The translations under genes were made by a program, and so were the position numbers. Below, one piece after another: positions 10,372-19,397 of a DNA stretch of 64,000 nucleotides. The notes beneath the pieces were generated by a model. That model made no database searches and was not told the origin of the DNA. It worked only from the letters and a program-made list of their open reading frames with translations. The stretch is taken from contig JBGARZ010000015.1 of NCBI GenBank assembly GCA_044229975.1, positions 1-64,000 of the forward strand. Reading direction: 5' to 3'. The stretch's first letter is position 1. Each line of letters starts with the position of its first letter. The DNA is from Polyangiales bacterium (GTDB taxonomy: Bacteria; Myxococcota_A; Polyangia; Polyangiales; Ga0077539).

Positions 10372-12705
10372 ATGTCCACGCTCGCTCGCGTCGTCTTCGC
10401 GCGCCCACGGTCCGTTCTCACCGGCGTTCTCTTCGCCACCCTCGTCGGCGCCACCGGCTGCGGCCGCAGCGCTGCCGTGCAGACCACCACGTCGCTCCCG
10501 CTCCGTCGCGTGGTCGTCTACCGCAACGGCGTCGGCTACTTCGAGCGCCAGGGTCACGTCTCCGAAAACGAGGTGCGCTTCAGCGTCACGCAGCGCGAGG
10601 TCGACGACTTCCTCGCCACCCTCGCGGTCATGGAGCGCGGCGGCAGCTCCGTCCGCTCGGCCGCCTTTCCCCTCCCCGAAGAACACCCCGCCAGCGACCC
10701 GCCCGCCCCCTCGGCGCGTCGCACGGTGCGCCTCGCGCTCGACGGCGCCGACCACGATCTCCTCGTTGGCTACACCGTCGAGACCCCCATCTGGCGCCCG
10801 TCGTACCGCCTCGTCTTCAACGAGCAGACCACGCAGGTGCAGGCGTGGGGCATCGTCCAGAACGTCTCCGGCGAAGACTGGTCCAACGTGCACCTGTCGC
10901 TCGTCGCGGGGGCGCCGGTGTCCTTTCGTTCCGACCTCGCGCGACCGGTGATTCCGCGTCGTCCGACGGTCACCGATCAGGGGGCCGTGATCGACGCCGT
11001 CCCCACGACCGAGACCACCCTCGCCGAGGACGCAGAGCAGAGCGACCGTCCCGCTACGAGCGCTGGCAGCGAGGAGGGTGAGGCCATGGGCTTCGGCGGC
11101 CTCGGCCTCTCGGGCACCGGCCAGGGCGGCGGCGGAACCGGCGAAGGAACCATCGGCCTCGGCGACGTCGGCGTCCTGGGCCGCGGCGCCGGCACGGGTG
11201 CGGGTCAGGGCTACGGCTCGGGCGCCGGGCGTGGTCTGCGCGGTCGCAGCAGCGGCGGTCCCATCGTGCGCGCGTCACCGCCGACCGTGTCGGGTCTGCT
11301 CTCTCCAGAGGCCATCCGTCGCGTGGTGCTGCGCAACATCAACCAGGTTCGCTACTGCTACGAGCAGGGCCTCGCGACCAACCCCTCGCTGGGCGGTCGC
11401 GTCGTCGTTCGCTTCGTCATCAACGCCTCCGGGTCCGTGATCGCATCGACCGTGACCGAGAGCAGCCTCGGCGCGCCCGCGGTCGGACAGTGCGCCGCCA
11501 ACGCCGTACGCCGCTGGCAGTTTCCGTCGCCCGAGGGCGGCGGCCTCGTGACCGTCAACTACCCCTTCACCCTCCAGTCGGACGCCCACGAGTCCGCCGG
11601 CGACGCGTTCCGTCAGGCCGAGCGCGCCCCCGCGGTGCAGCCCTCGTCGGCGCCGCGCAACGTGAGCGCCCTCGCCGCGCTCGCGGTGCAGGGCGGCGTC
11701 ACCCGCTACGACCTCCCCAACGCCGTCACCGTCCCCGATCGCAGCGCCACCATGGTGATGCTCGCCTCGCGCGACGTCCCCGGATCGCAGATGTACCTCT
11801 TCGCTCCCGACCCCGGCGTGCCCGCCTCGTCGCAGCACCCCTTCCACGTCGCGCGCTTCGAGAACCGCACCGGTGCCCTGCTGGAGCGCGGCCCCATCGC
11901 CATCTTCGAGGCCGGCGCGTACCTCGGCCAGGGCATGCTCGAAGCGCTCCCCGACGCGGCCACCACCACCGTTCCGTTTGCGCTGGAGCGCGCGCTCGCG
12001 GTCGACAGCACCGCCACCACCGCGGTCGAGGGAGCGCGCCTGGTCACCATGCTCCGCGGGTCGCTCACCATCGAGCGCTTCAACGTGCAGCGCACCACCT
12101 ACCGGGCGCGCAACGGCTCCGAGCGCGTGGCCCGCGTGATGATGCGGCAGGCCCTCAACGGCGCGCAGCTCTTCGAGCCGCCGGCTGGGAGCGAGCAGTC
12201 CAACGGCAACGCGCTGGTGCCGGTGGAGGTTCCGGCGCACTCGCACGCGGAGGTCATCGTCACCACGCGCTCGCCCTTCACCAGCGGCGCCGAGCTCGGT
12301 GACGAGTCGGCCCTCGCCGCGGTGGAGCAGTACCTCCGCGACGGATCGCCCGCCGCCGACGTCGCCCTCGCGCTGCGCACGGCGCTCGACCTGCAACGGC
12401 AGATCGTCACGCTCACCACCGAGCACGGCGAGGTCGAGCAGCGCCGCGACGACCTCCAGCGCGGCGTCGCCGAGACCCGCGAGAACCTCCTCGCCATCCA
12501 GCGCAACGCCCAGGCCGCCGACCTCCGCGCGCAGCTCACCGCGCGCCTCGGCCGCAGCGCCACGCAGCTCGACCAGCTCACCCGCCGCCTCGTGGAGCTC
12601 GACACGCAGCTCGGCGAGCGACGCGTGCGACTGACGGAGGCGCTGCGCACCGTCGACATCGACGTGTCGCGGCAGCGCCCCGCGACCCCGGTGCCCAACC
12701 CGTAG
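10372..12705 (+). CDS. DUF4139-like lipoprotein with an inserted Gly-rich linker and AgmX/PglI-type TonB C-terminal domain
   Basis: LPLRRVVVYRNGVGYFER and WRPSYRL...QAWGIVQNVSGEDW, interrupted by GFGGLGLSGTGQGGGG and IRRVV...VRYCYEQGL...WQFP..GG.VTVNYPF; GGAGG RBS. Confidence 0.8.
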   Translation: MSTLARVVFARPRSVLTGVLFATLVGATGCGRSAAVQTTTSLPLRRVVVYRNGVGYFERQGHVSENEVRFSVTQREVDDFLATLAVMERGGSSVRSAAFPLPEEHPASDPPAPSARRTVRLALDGADHDLLVGYTVETPIWRPSYRLVFNEQTTQVQAWGIVQNVSGEDWSNVHLSLVAGAPVSFRSDLARPVIPRRPTVTDQGAVIDAVPTTETTLAEDAEQSDRPATSAGSEEGEAMGFGGLGLSGTGQGGGGTGEGTIGLGDVGVLGRGAGTGAGQGYGSGAGRGLRGRSSGGPIVRASPPTVSGLLSPEAIRRVVLRNINQVRYCYEQGLATNPSLGGRVVVRFVINASGSVIASTVTESSLGAPAVGQCAANAVRRWQFPSPEGGGLVTVNYPFTLQSDAHESAGDAFRQAERAPAVQPSSAPRNVSALAALAVQGGVTRYDLPNAVTVPDRSATMVMLASRDVPGSQMYLFAPDPGVPASSQHPFHVARFENRTGALLERGPIAIFEAGAYLGQGMLEALPDAATTTVPFALERALAVDSTATTAVEGARLVTMLRGSLTIERFNVQRTTYRARNGSERVARVMMRQALNGAQLFEPPAGSEQSNGNALVPVEVPAHSHAEVIVTTRSPFTSGAELGDESALAAVEQYLRDGSPAADVALALRTALDLQRQIVTLTTEHGEVEQRRDDLQRGVAETRENLLAIQRNAQAADLRAQLTARLGRSATQLDQLTRRLVELDTQLGERRVRLTEALRTVDIDVSRQRPATPVPNP

Positions 12706-12765
12706 CCAGCGCGACGCACCGAACGCTTGACACCCCTCCGAGGCCGCGCCTAGCGTGCCGCAATC

Positions 12766-14253
12766 GTGCGAAGAAACGTGGCTATTTTCGCGGCGACCGT
12801 GTGGGCCGCGGCCGGGGTTGCGAACGCGCAGGTGGCCGACACCCCCACCGGGCCGATGCCCATGCACGCCGAGACGGCGCGCTTCGTCGACGTGGTCGAC
12901 TCCTTCGACACGGGCTCGCAGTTCAGCGTGCGGCTCAGCGCGGGCTACCAGTTTCAGCGGCGCGACCTCCGCATCCAGCGCGAGATGCGGGTGAGCAACC
13001 CGGGCACCAGCCTCGGGGTTCCGCAGTACGGCGACGTCGCGGACTACACCCGCAGCACGCACACGCTCCTCGTCAACGCCGAGATCGGCCTCTTCCACGA
13101 CCTCGCGCTCACCTTCGGGCTGCCGCTCGTCCTCTCCGACGCGCGCAAGCTGCGCCCCGCCAGCGGCGTCTCCGCCGAGAGCGCGCGCAACGCCCTCGCC
13201 GACGGCTGGAGCGAAGGCACCGGCGCCGCCGCGCGCAACACCACCCTCTTCGACGCGACCTTCGACAGCCCCGAGCGCTCGGGCATCGACCAGGTGCGCC
13301 TCGGCCTCCAGTGGTCGATCTTCAACCAGCAGCGCGACCCCAACCGCCCCACATGGACGCTCTCCTTCGAGTGGCGCCCGCCGGTCGGGTCGCTCCTGCG
13401 CCCGTGCCGCCAGACCTCCTCGGGCACCTTCTGCCCCAACGCGTCGAGCGTCCCCGCCACCCCCGCGAGCGGAACCTCCGCGCCCACCGCCGCCGAGCGC
13501 ACGGCGCCCGCCAACGCCGACCCGGGCATCTCCCGCGGTCTCCACGGCGTCTTCTTCCAGACCGCCATCGCGCGCCGCCTCGGGTACATCGAGCCCTACG
13601 CGGGCCTCGATTTCCTCGCGGAGTTTCCCGTTCGCAGCAGCGACTTCGCCTACGCCGAGACGCCCCTCGGGCAGCTCTCCAACTTCCCGCCGCTGGTCGC
13701 CTCGCTCACCATGGGCACCGAGATCATCCCCTGGGAAAACCGCGAGACCTGGCAGCGCCTGCTCATCGACTTCCGGTTCCGCGGGTCGTACTTCTCGCAG
13801 GGCCGCGATTACTCCCCGTTGTATGATGCGCTCGGCTCGTCGCTGAGCCGCCCGCTCAACCTCCCGGGCTGCCCCTCCAACGCCCGCGGCCCCGACGGGA
13901 CCTGTCAGGCCGAGCGCAACGTGTACTTCAATGGCCTCACCACCACGGCCTCGCACGTCGTGCTTGGTGGCAGCGCGATGGTGTCCATCCAGCCGGCGAA
14001 GTTTCTGCGGTTCACCATCGGCGCGGCGGTGGCGTGGACGTCGCCGCACACCATCACCAACACCGACGCGTGCAACCCCGGAACGCCCGTCCCCGCCGAC
14101 CACCCCGAGTGGCGCGGCGGCTGCGCGGGCAACAGCTCGCCCGACCCCACGCACCGCCCGGTCATCGACGGCGCGGGCGGGCGCTTCCGCACCACCAACG
14201 ACCTCACCTGGGATTTCTACGCCGCCATCGCGCTCACCCCGCGCATCTGGTGA
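12766..14253 (+). CDS. Secreted, probably outer-membrane beta-barrel protein
   Basis: Signal peptide, alternating beta-strand pattern, C-terminal aromatic residue. Confidence 0.7.
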   Translation: MRRNVAIFAATVWAAAGVANAQVADTPTGPMPMHAETARFVDVVDSFDTGSQFSVRLSAGYQFQRRDLRIQREMRVSNPGTSLGVPQYGDVADYTRSTHTLLVNAEIGLFHDLALTFGLPLVLSDARKLRPASGVSAESARNALADGWSEGTGAAARNTTLFDATFDSPERSGIDQVRLGLQWSIFNQQRDPNRPTWTLSFEWRPPVGSLLRPCRQTSSGTFCPNASSVPATPASGTSAPTAAERTAPANADPGISRGLHGVFFQTAIARRLGYIEPYAGLDFLAEFPVRSSDFAYAETPLGQLSNFPPLVASLTMGTEIIPWENRETWQRLLIDFRFRGSYFSQGRDYSPLYDALGSSLSRPLNLPGCPSNARGPDGTCQAERNVYFNGLTTTASHVVLGGSAMVSIQPAKFLRFTIGAAVAWTSPHTITNTDACNPGTPVPADHPEWRGGCAGNSSPDPTHRPVIDGAGGRFRTTNDLTWDFYAAIALTPRIW

Positions 14254-14259
14254 CTTCGC

Positions 14260-14643
14260 TCAGGGCGCCGCGATGAGCGGCACGCACAGCCGCGGCGCGC
14301 TCCCGGCGTCCTGCGAGTGGTCGCGGCAGACTGTTCCCGGTCGGCAGTCCGCGTCGGCGTTGCAGGCGCGCACGCAGCGGCCCCCGGTGCCGCCGTCGCT
14401 CGGGGTCGTGGCGAGGCCGCGGACGCAGGTTCCGTCGAGGCCGGGGCAGTCGCGGTCGACGGTGCAGGGGAGGGTGCACAGCGACGCCGTGGCGCCAGTG
14501 GTGCTGAGCATCACGGGCTCGCAGCGGGTCTCCAGCCCGCACGTCCCCGCGCCGTTGCAGCGCCCGTAGCTCAGCGGAACCTCCACGACCTCCTCACACC
14601 CGACCAGGACGAGGAGCAGCAGCACCGGGCTCATCACACGCAT
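14260..14643 (-). CDS. Small Cys-rich lipoprotein
   Basis: LLLLVLVGC lipobox; CTxxCxxDxDC repeats. Confidence 0.75.
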   Translation of the reverse strand: MRVMSPVLLLLVLVGCEEVVEVPLSYGRCNGAGTCGLETRCEPVMLSTTGATASLCTLPCTVDRDCPGLDGTCVRGLATTPSDGGTGGRCVRACNADADCRPGTVCRDHSQDAGSAPRLCVPLIAAP

Positions 14644-14754
14644 CGCGCCGCGGAGCATACGCGCTGGCGCGCGGCGATGGGTCGAGCTAACCCACTCCCC
14701 GCCGGGGCGTTGAAAGGGGCGCACCTGTGCTTCCACCCACGGAAACCAACGACC

Positions 14755-15978
14755 ATGCACGTCCAGCACTACCTCACGACGCACTCCTTCGATGACCTGG
14801 CCCGCGAGCACGGCGTCTACGCCTCGCTCAGCGCCGACGGTCGCAAGGCCTCGCTCTCCTACGACCAGATCGAGGCCCGCGAGGCCGACCCCATCGCCTC
14901 GCAGTGCCGCGGGCTCGTGCTCGCGCGCGCCGACGGCGAAGCCTTCGTCCGCGGCGCGGTGGTGGGTGCGACCCAGGTGTTGGCGCGCCCCTTCGACCGC
15001 TTCTTCAACCACGGCCAGCACGGCGCCGACGCGTCCGCGATGCTGGGTCGGCCGGGCACCCGCGTCTGCGAGAAGGTCGATGGAACCCTCTGCATCGCGT
15101 ACTTCGACGACCTTTCGGGGCAGTGGCACGTCGCGACGCGCTCGGTGCCCGAGGCCGACAAGCCCATCAACGGCTTCGCGGGTTCGCCCGACCGGCCGCT
15201 GACCTTCCGCCAGCTCTTCGAGCTCGCGCTGCGGGACTCGCACGCGTTGTCCTTCGCGGACTTCGCGACGCATCTGGAGCCGTCGACGACGTACCTCTTC
15301 GAGCTCGCGACGCCCTACAACATGGTGCTCGTCCGCTACGAGACCTGCGGGCTGCACTTCCTCGGCGCGCGTCTGCGCGATGGCACCGAGCGGCACCCGT
15401 CGGAGTTCGTTCATCTGCCCGTTCCGCACGCGGCGTCGCACCCGTGCGAGACGATGGCCGACCTGCTCGCGCTGGTCACCGCGCGCCCGCCGAGCGACAG
15501 CGAAGGGGTCGTGGTGGTCGACGCGAGCTTCCGTCGGGTGAAGGTGAAGAGCCCGGCGTACGTGGCGCTGCACGGCCTCAAGGACTCCGTCTCCAACTCG
15601 CCGCGCCGTCTGCTGGAGCTCATCCTGCTGGGGCGCGAGGACGACGCGTTTCCGCTGCTGCCGAAGCTCGTGCGCGAGTACGGCGAGACGCTGCGCGCGC
15701 AGTACGCCGCGACGCTGCGGCGCATGGACGACGCCTACGACCGCCTGCACGCCGAGGCCGTGGGGGACAACCCCCGGAAGGCTTTCGCGCTGGCGGTGCA
15801 GCGGGAGAAGCTCTCCATCAGCCCGATGATGGCGCGCTACACGGGGCAGTGCGGGAGCTTCCGCGAGTGGGTCGATCGTCGTCAGCAGGGCGACGGCTCG
15901 TGGCCCGATGGGTTTCTCGACTCGCTCATCGACGTCTGCAAGGAGACCGCAGGCGACGTGACCGCTACGCCGAACTGA
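14755..15978 (+). CDS. T4 Rnl1-like ATP-dependent RNA ligase
   Basis: QCRGLVL, RPFDRFFN, motif I EKVDGT, TYLFEL, motif IV EGVVV, motif V RVKVKSPAY. Confidence 0.88.
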   Translation: MHVQHYLTTHSFDDLAREHGVYASLSADGRKASLSYDQIEAREADPIASQCRGLVLARADGEAFVRGAVVGATQVLARPFDRFFNHGQHGADASAMLGRPGTRVCEKVDGTLCIAYFDDLSGQWHVATRSVPEADKPINGFAGSPDRPLTFRQLFELALRDSHALSFADFATHLEPSTTYLFELATPYNMVLVRYETCGLHFLGARLRDGTERHPSEFVHLPVPHAASHPCETMADLLALVTARPPSDSEGVVVVDASFRRVKVKSPAYVALHGLKDSVSNSPRRLLELILLGREDDAFPLLPKLVREYGETLRAQYAATLRRMDDAYDRLHAEAVGDNPRKAFALAVQREKLSISPMMARYTGQCGSFREWVDRRQQGDGSWPDGFLDSLIDVCKETAGDVTATPN

Positions 15979-16369
15979 GCGCTGCCACGCGGCGGAGCAG
16001 CCGCTGGACCTTTCCTTCGCTGATGAGGGCACCCCAGTGCCCTTCGCAGAACCGCTCTCCCCGAACACAGTAGGTGAGCATGGCCTTGACCTGCGCGAGG
16101 TCGGCGGTCGCCACGGCGTCGGGGCTGTCGAGGAGACGGCCCGCGACGTCGGGGTCGTAGTGGCGATCGCGCCAGCACTCTCGTGAGGCGACTTCGATGA
16201 AGGCTTCTACGAGGCGGTTGTACTGCGGCCAGGAGAGGGTGGGGGTGACGCCGTCGGCGCTGGTTCCGTGGGACCAGTGGTCGATGGGGGCGAAGTCGTC
16301 TGCGGAGAGCGTGGGGAGGAAGCTCAGCAGCGCGGCGAAGTCGTCGGTGGTGGGCGGTCGGGTCGTCAT
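15965..16369 (-). CDS. DUF6508-like protein
   Basis: LTYCVRGERFCEGHW...G.V..LLRR signature. Confidence 0.75.
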   Translation of the reverse strand: MTTRPPTTDDFAALLSFLPTLSADDFAPIDHWSHGTSADGVTPTLSWPQYNRLVEAFIEVASRECWRDRHYDPDVAGRLLDSPDAVATADLAQVKAMLTYCVRGERFCEGHWGALISEGKVQRLLRRVAALSSA

Positions 16370-16389
16370 GGGTCAGGACGGAGGCGGGC

Positions 16390-16686
16390 TCAACGCGGCG
16401 CCCTGCCTGGAAGGAGATCGACCTCCATGGGCTGGCCACAGCCTCGACACGCGTTGTTTCGCCAGAGGAGGGCTGGCACGCCGTAGAACCAGACCATCGC
16501 AAACAGGGCGATCGGCCATGACACACGGTGGGCGAGGTCGAGGGAGTAGACTGTCTCGGCGACAACTACTGCGGCCACGGCGAGCAGGTACAGCAGTCCA
16601 TTGAGGATGTTGTTCCGATGAGCGGTCGTGGTGCCGACCCAGTGACATTGGGTACAGCGCTGGTGCGAATGCCAGATCGTGGACAT
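16390..16686 (-). CDS. Small membrane protein with two CxxC motifs
   Basis: 98 aa: CTQC, two hydrophobic helices, CRGC; GGAG upstream of the ATG. Confidence 0.55.
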   Translation of the reverse strand: MSTIWHSHQRCTQCHWVGTTTAHRNNILNGLLYLLAVAAVVVAETVYSLDLAHRVSWPIALFAMVWFYGVPALLWRNNACRGCGQPMEVDLLPGRAPR

Positions 16687-16738
16687 GGGGTTCTCCGTAC
16701 GTCATGGGAATCGAACTGCGTCGATGGACGGCCCTGTC

Positions 16739-17308
16739 TCATGGGTCGCCGTCCTGATCATGAGAGAACTTACCGTCCTCGCATGAGTAGATGGTTCGCT
16801 CGCCCGTGGCAGGATCGATGACGAGTGCGTCGAAGTTTGTGAGGAGTTTGAGGTTCCCATGGTGATCCAACAGGCGCGACCAGAACGCGCTGGCGATCTG
16901 TCTGCGCGTGTCGCGGTCAGGGCCTCGATCGCTAAAGCACAACACCGCGCGCCCATGATGGTCGGCGCACAAAAAAGGGTACGTCACATCGACCCCACCG
17001 GGTTCGACCCGTGCCGCAAACAGGCCAATCCGGAGAAGAGCGTCTGCGGTGTAGCATGCCTCAAGATTGCACTGAAGTAAGATTGGCAGACCGGCACGCA
17101 CCCAACACGCATCTCGGTGATGTTGGAGCAGAGACCGTAGAGCGGCAGGAGCGGTCTCACCGACGTATTCTGCGAAGGGCTCGGACGCCTCCAGGGTGCC
17201 CGCTAGTTCGACGTCGGCGCAGACGCAAAACCACCAGCCGTCGGAGTGAACCGGTGTACCGAGTTTGCGTCCTAGCGTGCCGAAGCGAATGTGCGTGGAG
17301 CGGGTCAC
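16739..17308 (-). CDS. Hypothetical protein, probable gene cassette
   Basis: Non-repetitive ORF starting at a GTG just after the attC core site; start codon uncertain. Confidence 0.6.
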   Translation of the reverse strand: MTRSTHIRFGTLGRKLGTPVHSDGWWFCVCADVELAGTLEASEPFAEYVGETAPAALRSLLQHHRDACWVRAGLPILLQCNLEACYTADALLRIGLFAARVEPGGVDVTYPFLCADHHGRAVLCFSDRGPDRDTRRQIASAFWSRLLDHHGNLKLLTNFDALVIDPATGERTIYSCEDGKFSHDQDGDP

Positions 17309-17319
17309 GTTGGTGCTCT

Positions 17320-17410
17320 GTCCAACGGTTGGCCGATGTGCCGCCGCGACGGGCACGGCGGGTTACGAACTGGTGAAGCGGGGGCGGTCGGCACCATCGG
17401 CTTGTTGGGC
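17320..17410 (-). other. attC integron recombination site
   Basis: Minus strand reads GCCCAAC-aagcc-GATGGTGC...GCACATC-ggccaacc-GTTGGAC: RYYYAAC/GTTRRRY ends, L boxes with one extrahelical base, 91 bp, located between co-oriented genes. Confidence 0.8.
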
Positions 17411-17490
17411 GCCTCTCCAAACGGAGCTTGATCTGAAGCGAACAAATCGGCCGCAACGAGATGTAGATCCGAAGAGCCCGACCACGAAAG

Positions 17491-18747
17491 CTATTTTTTT
17501 CTCGTATTCTTATCTCCCTTTGGAGTTGAGGGTGGGTTAGAGACAGGCTGATTTGTCCTTGATGGATTGGGAGATTGGGGTGTCGTAGTGTTCTGCCTAG
17601 TCGGCGAAAGCGTTCGACCTGTCACTGCGTCGTTGGCAGGCGCGGGAGGAACTATCGGCGAAGGTGACAATGAGGGCTGTCCTGCCCCCACGCCAAGATG
17701 CCATATTGGATCAGTGGTGCCATGGCCAATATAGTGCAGCAGCCGATCGGACGATTGCGCCCCAACAAGGGCTCTGAGGACATCAGACCCGAATGATGAA
17801 TCTTGCAGAATAAATGAAGGCGATGGTTTCGTGAGACTATCAATCCGCTGCTGAAGTTCATGAATCTGCTTCTGCATGCCGACCTTCTCTTTGCCGAGGG
17901 TCTCGGAATGCTCAGTCAGTTTCTTCAGCTTCTCAAGCGCCGCCCGACTCTCGACTTTTTCTCTCTCCCACTCAATCATCTGGCGGCTCTGTTCTTCTCG
18001 CATTTTTTGAAGTGAACCGTTGAGATGCTGAACGTAGGATCCCATCTCGTCGGCACTTCCTGCCAGTCGATTAAACATAGCGAGATATTGGCTAACCAAA
18101 TGATCGGCGCCGTAAGGGTATCGAATCGCGTGATCGATCTCGCTCCACGCTTCTTCGAAAATTGTTCTCACCTGCACCTCAGCCACCACGGGATCCTTTC
18201 CGAGTTGGACGCGAATGATGTAATGAATCGATCTATATCCTTTCGGGTGTTTATGAATCGTGCAGCCACGATCACGAAAGGTCTGTATGACGTCGTCCGC
18301 ATCTCCCTCTCTCACGTTTGCCACAGGGTTCTCTGTGAGTTCCCATGTAGAGGAGATGAAGTCGTGAATGGGAAGCCACTCCTCCTTGAAGAGGTGCAGG
18401 ACTCGAAGTCCTAAAAGGTCCGCAACCAACTGGCGGTAATTGTTGACAGTAATGAGTTCCTTGCGCTGGCTACCGTCGGCCGATTTCGCCTGATCAATGT
18501 GTTTTCGGATTACCTTTTCGACCAGATGCTCAGCGTCCTTCACTCGTGCTCGCACTGAATGCGATCTCTCTGAGACGCTAAGTTGCTCCTGCAGGTATCT
18601 TAGGATCGGGAGGTAGGTTTTTCGCCGAGGTTCGTAGTCAACATATAGCGCCTCCAACTGGCTCCAATGCAGGCCTGTGGATTGGTAGTCCTCAAGCGCG
18701 ATGTGGTACTTGGCGAGAAAATCACTCTGATTGAGTAGCGTAGTCAT
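17491..18747 (-). CDS. RelA/SpoT synthetase-domain protein (small alarmone synthetase-like) with coiled-coil C-terminal tail
   Basis: RVKD, DLLGLR, GYRSIH and EVQVRT...W.EIDH motifs; no HD hydrolase domain; visibly AT-richer than the backbone. Confidence 0.9.
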   Translation of the reverse strand: MTTLLNQSDFLAKYHIALEDYQSTGLHWSQLEALYVDYEPRRKTYLPILRYLQEQLSVSERSHSVRARVKDAEHLVEKVIRKHIDQAKSADGSQRKELITVNNYRQLVADLLGLRVLHLFKEEWLPIHDFISSTWELTENPVANVREGDADDVIQTFRDRGCTIHKHPKGYRSIHYIIRVQLGKDPVVAEVQVRTIFEEAWSEIDHAIRYPYGADHLVSQYLAMFNRLAGSADEMGSYVQHLNGSLQKMREEQSRQMIEWEREKVESRAALEKLKKLTEHSETLGKEKVGMQKQIHELQQRIDSLTKPSPSFILQDSSFGSDVLRALVGAQSSDRLLHYIGHGTTDPIWHLGVGAGQPSLSPSPIVPPAPANDAVTGRTLSPTRQNTTTPQSPNPSRTNQPVSNPPSTPKGDKNTRKK

Positions 18748-18943
18748 TTGTGGTTCCTATAGCCCAAATTCAGAAGTTGTGACCGCTCGTTGGTTGAAGT
18801 CGGACCGGAAGAGGAAATAATTCGGCTTGGCGTCTTGATTTTCTGATTCACCCCGTGTGACCTCGACGGATTGACTTGTGGGCTAGAAAGCGTGGAAAGA
18901 ACTTGTGCCGTTGGGAACAACACACTCGCTCAATCGGTCACAT

Positions 18944-19086
18944 GCCCAACATCCAATTCACCCGCCGCTGGCTGCCTAACCGTCCCATCGCGGTATTCGC
19001 CCGCCGCTGCATAATCCCCGAATCCCCATTCGCGGTATTCGCCCGCCGCTGCATAATCCCCGAATCCCCATTCGCGGCATTCGCCC
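18944..19086 (-). repeat. 42-bp tandem repeat (2.3 copies) plus two GTTRRRY cores; attI-like site
   Basis: Unit cgcggtattcgcccgccgctgcataatccccgaatccccatt at 18989, 19031 and partially at 19073; minus-strand GTTAGGC (18974-80) and GTTGGGC (18944-50). The repeat is certain, the attI role is inferred. Confidence 0.55.
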
Positions 19087-19397
19087 TCTACCCCAACGAC
19101 CCCTCCTGCCTCCGTGCTCTCCGCCCCCGACACCCCGGCCGTCGCCTCGATCCACTCCACGACGCCTCTGCCCCGACGGCGCCCAGCCACCGTTACCGCC
19201 TCTCCGGCCGTTGCCGAGTCCGCTGTCCTCCGCGACCGCATGTCTCGCTGCGCGTGCCGCAGCCCCCCGCTGCCCCCTTCCCAATGCGCCGACCATGAAC
19301 TCCGCTCGCACCCCTTCGTCCATGATCTGCTCTTCGTAGCTACGCTCGGAGTTCTCCTCCCGTCAACGTCCACGCCCGCCCACCGCGCTCCCCCCAC

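Noticed and set aside
18989..19086. 42-bp repeat as a mini-CRISPR
   Set aside because: Units are head-to-tail with no spacers.
19114..19397. Remnant integron integrase
   Set aside because: No tyrosine-recombinase motif recognisable in the ORFs here.
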